NCBI GenBank assembly: GCA_012295275.1 | Contig: CM022665.1 | Span: 43,958,001-44,022,000 of the forward strand | Length of the DNA stretch: 64,000 bases | Source: Chrysomallon squamiferum | Lineage: Eukaryota; Animalia; Mollusca | Direction of reading: 5' to 3' | Shown: positions 56,731 to 64,000 of the stretch, one piece after another | How positions within the stretch are numbered: the first letter of the stretch is position 1 | Layout of the letters: each line of letters starts with the position of its first letter | Position numbers and translations under genes: made by a program | The notes under the pieces: generated by a model | The model's database searches: none | What the model saw: the letters and a program-made list of their open reading frames with translations, nothing else | Told to the model about the DNA's origin: nothing

Positions 56731-57358
56731 CTGTTGCTAGTTTTATTGCTTTGGACGAATAATAATAATAATAATAATACTATTAGCACTACTACTATTA
56801 ACATATGAATGAAAGCATGAATAAATAAATAAATAAATAAATAAATAAATGATCGATAATTAGTTTTTTAAATACAATAAACATGAAACACAGACTAAAA
56901 AATAAAATAACTAATGGAAAAAAAAAAAAATCCAAAACAAATCCAACACAAAACATCAAAAAATCCAACAATGGCAGCCGACGCCTTTTTTTTCTTATTT
57001 TTATTTTTTTATTTTTTTTATCGGATGTATTATATCTAATAATAGCCCTAGATTACTCGCTACTATTGATACACACCTAGTGAGTGAAGGAAAATAAACA
57101 AAACACAGGGTCGTTATTTACACGGCGACATATCTCCTAAGTGTGTCCCACTTAGCCAGAATCACGACAACGTGGTCCGCCTTTTAGCCTCCGCCAAGTT
57201 CACCGACAGACGGACGACGTCTGCGAAACAAGCTGTTACCAGTCTACAGGAATTCGTATAGGTGCAAAGAAAGGTAACGTGTGCAAGAGCCCCTTGTATT
57301 AGGGCTGGGGAGAGAGGGAGAGGGGGGGCAGGGAGGGGGGGGGGAGAGGGGGGGGAGG

Positions 57359-57360
<2 letters not shown>

Positions 57361-57434
<74 letters not shown>

Positions 57435-57507
57435 GACACAGAGAGCGAGAAACAGAGAGAGAGACAGACATACAGAAAGACAGAGATACAGAGAGAGAGC
57501 GAGACAA

Positions 57508-57582
<75 letters not shown>

Positions 57583-57674
57583 CACAGAGAGAGAGACACA
57601 GAGAGAGAGAAACAGAGAGAGAGAGACAGACATACAGAAAGACAGAGATACAGAGAGAGAGCAGAGACAAAGAC

Positions 57675-57763
<89 letters not shown>
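57361..57763. repeat. Compound (GA)n tract containing a duplicated ~150 bp GA-variant unit
   Basis: GAGAGACACAGAGAG.GAGAAACAGAGAGA...GACAGACATACAGAAAGACAGAGATACAGAGAGAGAGC.AGACAAAGACAG occurs twice between pure (GA)n runs. Confidence 0.9.
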
Positions 57764-57767
<4 letters not shown>

Positions 57768-58499
57768 TCAATATCTCAATAAAATACAATTACTGGTCAC
57801 TGAACAGTAGCGCTAAGGCAGGATAAGGTCAAAGGTTACAATATTAAAAATTATTTATTTATGAAATACAGGATTAGAAATGAATCAGATCAGATCAGTT
57901 TATGAAGTCAGTCACTGATTCACACGCCATAAAACATCAACATCAACGACCACCACCATTACTGTCATCAACAGCAACAATAACGATGACGACGACTGCT
58001 ACAACTACTACTACTACTACAACTACTACTACTACAACTATTACTACTACTGCAACTGCTACCTCTACTAATATTACTACTGATACTGCTGCTACTGCTA
58101 CAAGAACAACAGCAAAAAAAAAAAATTCAACATCAACACCACCATCAGGCGTCACCGACAACTGCAACAACAACAGCAGCAACAACACCATCAACAACTA
58201 CAACAATAACAACAGTAATAATTTCAATACAGTCATGATCATCGTCATCGTTATCAACATCATCATTGTCGTCATCACCATTACAATCACCGTCATCATC
58301 TTATTTATAATCATCATCTTCATTTATAATCATCATCCCTATAATTAACGAACTAATCAGTGTTAAATGTTCGTTGCTTTGTTCACGTGAATTTTCTTCT
58401 GTCCTCCTAATTACAGTGGTCTACATTTATTACAAAGTCTACATTTTTCAAAAACATCTTATAACATATTTTCTTTTCACTTACATTTCTTTGAGCCTA

Positions 58500-58546
<47 letters not shown>

Positions 58547-58623
58547 CGAAAAACCTCAAACAATTTCCTAACGTGATACCAGCCATTAAACAAACTGCGT
58601 ACATCTAAAAACATTACGCAGTC

Positions 58624-59020
58624 CAGGAGCCGATCCTGAGACTGGGGAAAGGGGGCGGGTGGGGGGGGGGGTGAGGGTTGCGTTATCGTTGTAACTTTGA
58701 AGATTTTTATTATTATTATTTTATTTTTTTTTTTTTTTTTTTTTTTTTATAAGTAAAAATTTTTGGATGATGTTTCTATTTTCCAGATAAAACGTGTTTC
58801 ATGTTAAAGGTGAGTGGGGTGGAGGGGTGGGGTGGGGGTGGAAATTAAACAAAAGTAAAGGATGAATGCTGTAAGAATGAAATTAATGTATTTATAACAA
58901 CGACATTAGCAACATCATCATCAACAGTAAAAACAGCCACGACGACAACAATACATGATGATAGTGATGATGATATTTACAACAACAACAATAATAATAA
59001 TAATAAATATAATAATAAAT

Positions 59021-59065
<45 letters not shown>

Positions 59066-59282
59066 TAAATCATAATAATAATAATAATATAAATCATAAT
59101 AATAATAAAAACAAAAACACTCCAATAATTAAAAAATTAAATAAAATAAAATCAACAAATCGTAAAAAAACGGAAATCAGACAAGACCACGGGTGACGTC
59201 GCGACAGTACGCATGCTCACTCACTCCCACCTCCCTCGCCCCCCCCCCACTCTTTTTAACTCCTTCCCTGGATTCGTGCACG
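58624..59282. mobile_element. Candidate decayed element of the same GGATCC/G-run...C-run/GGATCC type
   Basis: Left end CAGGAGCCGATCCTG plus G-runs; right end C-runs plus CCCTGGATTCGTGCACG. Confidence 0.3.
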
Positions 59283-59556
59283 TTTAACTAACGTCACGTT
59301 TCTCTCACTGGGTGTCTGTTATCTCCCGCCCGCGGTGTTTACGTTTTTTTTTTCTTTTTTTTTTTTTTTTTTTTTCGCCTCAGTATTAATTACAACTTTG
59401 GTGACAACAAAGAAAAGAAAGCGGTGCTCTCGTTCGTACATGCGAAGTTTTTGGAGACTTCAGAGGATTAGACATGAAAGAGCTCACACACACACAAAAC
59501 GAACCGAGGGCTAAAAACACGGAGATACCTGTTTGGTTTACACAAGCAAAGCAGCA

Positions 59557-59589
<33 letters not shown>

Positions 59590-59705
59590 CGAAGCAGACG
59601 AACACAAAATTAATACAAGTGACGTCGTCGGCGAACATTGGTGCGCCTTTAAAGAAAGGAGGGATTTAAAAAAAAAAAACGAATAACTGTGTATTAAAGA
59701 AAGCC

Positions 59706-59737
<32 letters not shown>

Positions 59738-60671
59738 CTTTCTTCTGTTTCTGCTTTGGTCTTTTGTGTTGAAGTTGTGAAATGGTGGATTTTTAATTTT
59801 TTCTAATACAAAATGTTTGTTAGAAGGTAGAGATGATAAGAAGTGATATTAAAGAAGTATGGTTCATATACATACATACATTCATACACACATACATACA
59901 TACACACATACATACACACATACTTACATACATACATACACACACATACATACATATATACATACATACTTACATGTACATTTATATACACATACATATA
60001 TACAAACATATACATACATACAAACATACACACATACATACATACAAACATGCATACCTGGATTACATACACGCATGTACACATACACACATGCATAAAT
60101 AATACATTCATACAAACATGCATACATAAAACAACACACATACAAACAAACATTTCTGCACGCACACGGGCATTATTACATTTTGTACATACACACATCA
60201 ATTCATCCATCCATCCATCCAGGCAGAAAAAAATATAGCGTTTCTGATATTAATTCCCTAACATAAAGATCATCCCGTTTACTGTTACTCTTTGCGTTTG
60301 AACGAACGAATTTATCGACTCAACCTTTTTTAATAATAACTTTTTTATTAGATATTAAACACATGGTTTGTAACAATACTAAACAGAAGTTCCGTGAGTT
60401 TATCGATTAACAGTCAAGAATGTTTAGAAAGTTTAATATTTCTTCCTTGAAATCATCACCGAGAATGAAGTATGACCAGCCTGTTGGATTTACATACAAG
60501 AACAAGTTTCAACAAAACTTGTAATATATATATATAAAAAAAAAGTTTATATAAATTTATATAAGTCATACTTTAACAGAAATAAAATAAAATGGTGATG
60601 ATGGTGATGATGACGATGATGATGATTATAATAATTACATCCAGATTTCAGCTAATGAAATGTGGAAAAGT

Positions 60672-60716
<45 letters not shown>

Positions 60717-60829
60717 TCACATACATACATACATACATACACACACATACATACATACATACATACATACATACATACATACATACATACATACATACAT
60801 ACACGACTACAAACATGTCTTCACATAAA

Positions 60830-60985
60830 CAGACAGCACATACCACGGACTTCTGAAGAGCGATAACATGAGAAATGAAACCTGTATTCCCATGTCTAAC
60901 GTTACCATTTAGCGGTTGGGGATCTTTTATAAGCGCCCCTCGCTAACAGCAAAATACACACCACATACCACAGACTGATAAATTC
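60830..60985 (-). mobile_element. SINE core fragment(s)
   Basis: AGACAGCACATACCACGG at ~60833 and GGGATCTTTTATAAGCGCCC...CACATACCACAG at ~60920-60973 are the reverse complement of the family core. Confidence 0.5.
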
Positions 60986-61205
60986 AGCGTTAAGGCAACG
61001 TTATTTACGTTGCAAGTTTACACTTTCTCTTCCTCGTTATTTTAATTTCTTTTCCAGAAGTTACTACGTAATCTCCCTGCCTTCAAATATATTAGTTTTC
61101 GTTTCGATTTTTATCTTGTCGTTTTTTTATCAAGCAAAAGTGATTTATACGTTCGAGCTTGAATAACCTAATTGGCTATGCAGCATATGTTACATAACGC
61201 TCTGC

Positions 61206-61255
<50 letters not shown>

Positions 61256-62644
61256 AAAAAAAAATGGAGAGGAAAAAGACAATCCCACCGCATGATATTA
61301 AATTTAATTGACAATAACACTTACGTGAAGAAAAATCAATTTTCTTAGCTAAAAGCTATTTATTCATTCAGTCAGACGCGATTTTAAAAATAAATTATGT
61401 ATGAATTCTTTTTTTTTTCTTTCTTTATTTTATTATTATAATTTTTTTTTTTTTTTTTTTTTTTTCTTCGAAACTGCATCCCGTTACCTCACCTGTCGTC
61501 TGAAGCCTGGTTTTTTTTTTTTTTTTTTTTGGCGGTTAACAATTCAAAACAAGTGGTTAGGTTCACCCGAGACGCGAGGACAATTTTTATTTGTTAACGC
61601 CACCGAAACAGACGACAGATGCTAGCAGACGGCACGTGGGGCGCTCGCGCCAGCTGCTCCGAAGTGACGTCAGCAACAAAGGCGGGTGAGAAAGGGGGAC
61701 AAAAAGACGTAGAAATTGACAACGGAAAGCCAGTCGAAGCGTTACAAAAGGGATAAACTGTTGTGAAAAGTTCACGGCTTCCCTGAGTAATTTGAAGCAG
61801 GTTTTTTTTTTTTTTTTTTGTTATTTTTTTTTTTTTATTAACTGTAATATAATTATTTGGTGCCACTGAAGATGAAAAAGATGAAACGTTGTTCCAGTAG
61901 TTTTAAGAAGAAAGGGGAATAAGAAAGAAAAAAAAAAGAAGAGAAGCTAACACCTTGTCCCGCCCAAAACCACCTTGAACTGGAAATTTATTTTTAATGG
62001 CGTATTTAACTGTTTATTTTTATTTTATTTTGTTTTATATTTTAAAGTATTATGTTACACTTTTATTTGATAGCTATCAAACAGATGGGTTACGTAACAT
62101 CAATTTTTAATTTCCAATTAATTAAAAATTTAAAAAGCATTCTGAAAACAAAATGAGTTATAACAACACTAACGTTTAAATGTCTTCATATTTTAAAAAA
62201 ATGTTCTCTTCAGAATAATTTTAAAATGATGATAGAATATTATTTAATAGCTACAGATAGTATGAGAAATGTTTTATAGAGTGTACATCTCATATCGTTT
62301 ATATACCTTGTTATACCTTATAGGTATATTTACCTACCCGTTTATCCATGAAAACTTGTATGTTTTTATATTATATCTGATAGCGTCTTTTTTTTTTTCT
62401 TCTTATCAATCTTTTAAATTAAAACCATAGACTGTCACCCACACACATAATACACACACTGGAGGAAAAAAAAAAAGAAAATAAAAAAATAAAGAAAATA
62501 AAAAGAATAAGAAGAGGAGATTTAAAAAAAAAATAATAATAAAAAAAAAAAAAAATAAATAAATAAAGTTTCTTGAACTGATCGCAAATATAATTACTTG
62601 TCTAACTTCAAATAATCTCCATGGTTATATTCCTTTAATAGAAT

Positions 62645-62740
62645 AAATGAGCACGTGATCGCTTGTCAGGACACGTGACTGATAACGTCATACATAATTC
62701 AGCGTTCAAGACTGACGAGACACGTGACCTGAAGCGACAT
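62645..62740. promoter_or_regulatory. Triple E-box cluster (candidate enhancer)
   Basis: CACGTGA at 62652, 62672 and 62721, within 75 bp of otherwise very AT-rich DNA. Confidence 0.5.
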
Positions 62741-62788
62741 TACTCATCTGTTGCTACTGGTTACGCTTAAAGTCAAAACCTGAGGATG

Positions 62789-62851
<63 letters not shown>

Positions 62852-64000
62852 CTATGCAATTCGAAACTGGCCATACTGAGTTGTAACGACATTTGATCCT
62901 TAAACACAGCGTTGTCCATCACTTTTTGTTGTTGTTGTTGTTGTTGCTGTTGTTGTTGTTGAAGATGGATGTAGCAGTATGTAATAATACTGAAGTATCA
63001 GTGCTGATAGTATTAACATTGCAGTAGCTGCAGCAACAGTAAGACTCGTAATACCATTAGTAGTAGTAGTAGTAGCAGAAGCAGTAATATGAGTAGTTGT
63101 AGTAGTTGTAGTAGTAACAGCAGCAGTCCTGATAATTGCTGTAGTTGGTTTAGTAGAAGCTGATGATCTTTTTCTCACCGTTAATTAATAATTTAAGGAT
63201 AATGATATATACTCTTTTTTTCTTTCTCACCGTTAATTAATCATTCAATAAATATATATATATATATATTCTTTTTTTTTCTATAATTTTCCTTCTTTTC
63301 TTTCTTTTTAGATTTTTTTCCTTAAATTTTTTTAAATTTTATTATTTTTATTATTTTATTTTTTTATTATTATGTATTTAAAAGTTACAACTAATATATC
63401 TGAGGCAACGTATTAAAAATGATAAAAAAAAAAAAAAAAAAAAAAAAAAACGAGGGTTAATAAAAGAAGAAAAAAAAAAAAAAAAAAAAATGAGAAAAGA
63501 TTATAGAAAAGCTTACGGTATTGATTACCAAAACGAGGACATTTATTGCCTTGTAGTAAGTTCATCGCGATATCTCGCGAACCGCCAAGTCGAGCAGCGA
63601 ACGGTTAAAGGGTGTTAATTTAAAGGGAAAAAATGGCGTCAATCAATATGTTGTCGTTCACCACTTCATTCCGACTGCTCGGGTCGCCGCTGCGCCTCAT
63701 CAGAACGTTTGAACAAAAGACTCTGATTAAGTCGTTCTTCTGATTAGATATGGCGGAGCATGCAGCGAGATTTCTTGCTTAAAATTAATGACTCTTTTTT
63801 CTTTTCTTCTTTTTTTTTTTTTTTTTTTTTTAGCTGTCTGCTGCACATTAAGTGTTTGTGCTGATCAATAAAAATTTAAATTGTTATTACTTCATAAGTT
63901 TTCTGGGGTTGTTGTTGTTTTTTTGCTAGCGTCAACCACATTGTGTGTGTGTGACTTTTGTGGGTTTTACTTTTTAATTGTTTTTGATCCGGTTTTTAAC

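Overview
AT-rich, microsatellite-saturated animal genomic DNA. It is most likely molluscan (gastropod-like), an inference from decayed tRNA-SINE relics recalled from memory. Only one protein-coding gene is supportable: a two-coding-exon SERTA-domain gene on the + strand, join(29288..29480,43706..44409), 298 aa, with a 14.2 kb phase-1 GT-AG intron. Its N-terminus (MTVVLSMN), SERTA core (KLKQMEDPEHFLRRSVLINN), YKRRP motif and poly-Ser tract point to a SERTAD4-like transcriptional co-regulator. It also carries CDCA4/TRIP-Br-like ARGxKRK and C-terminal helix motifs. Nearly all other ORFs in the track are translations of simple repeats. The rest of the window looks like a large cis-regulatory landscape: CpG-rich islands with E-box, CRE, D-box and nuclear-receptor direct-repeat motifs and a recurrent CGTCTGC word. 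It also holds several minisatellites (30, 28-30, 50 and ~100-180 bp units), short inverted-repeat elements and SINE fragments. I found no CRISPR array, rRNA, intact tRNA, autonomous transposon or clearly novel system. The best leads concern the gene's isoform architecture and regulatory grammar, and all motif counts were made by eye.
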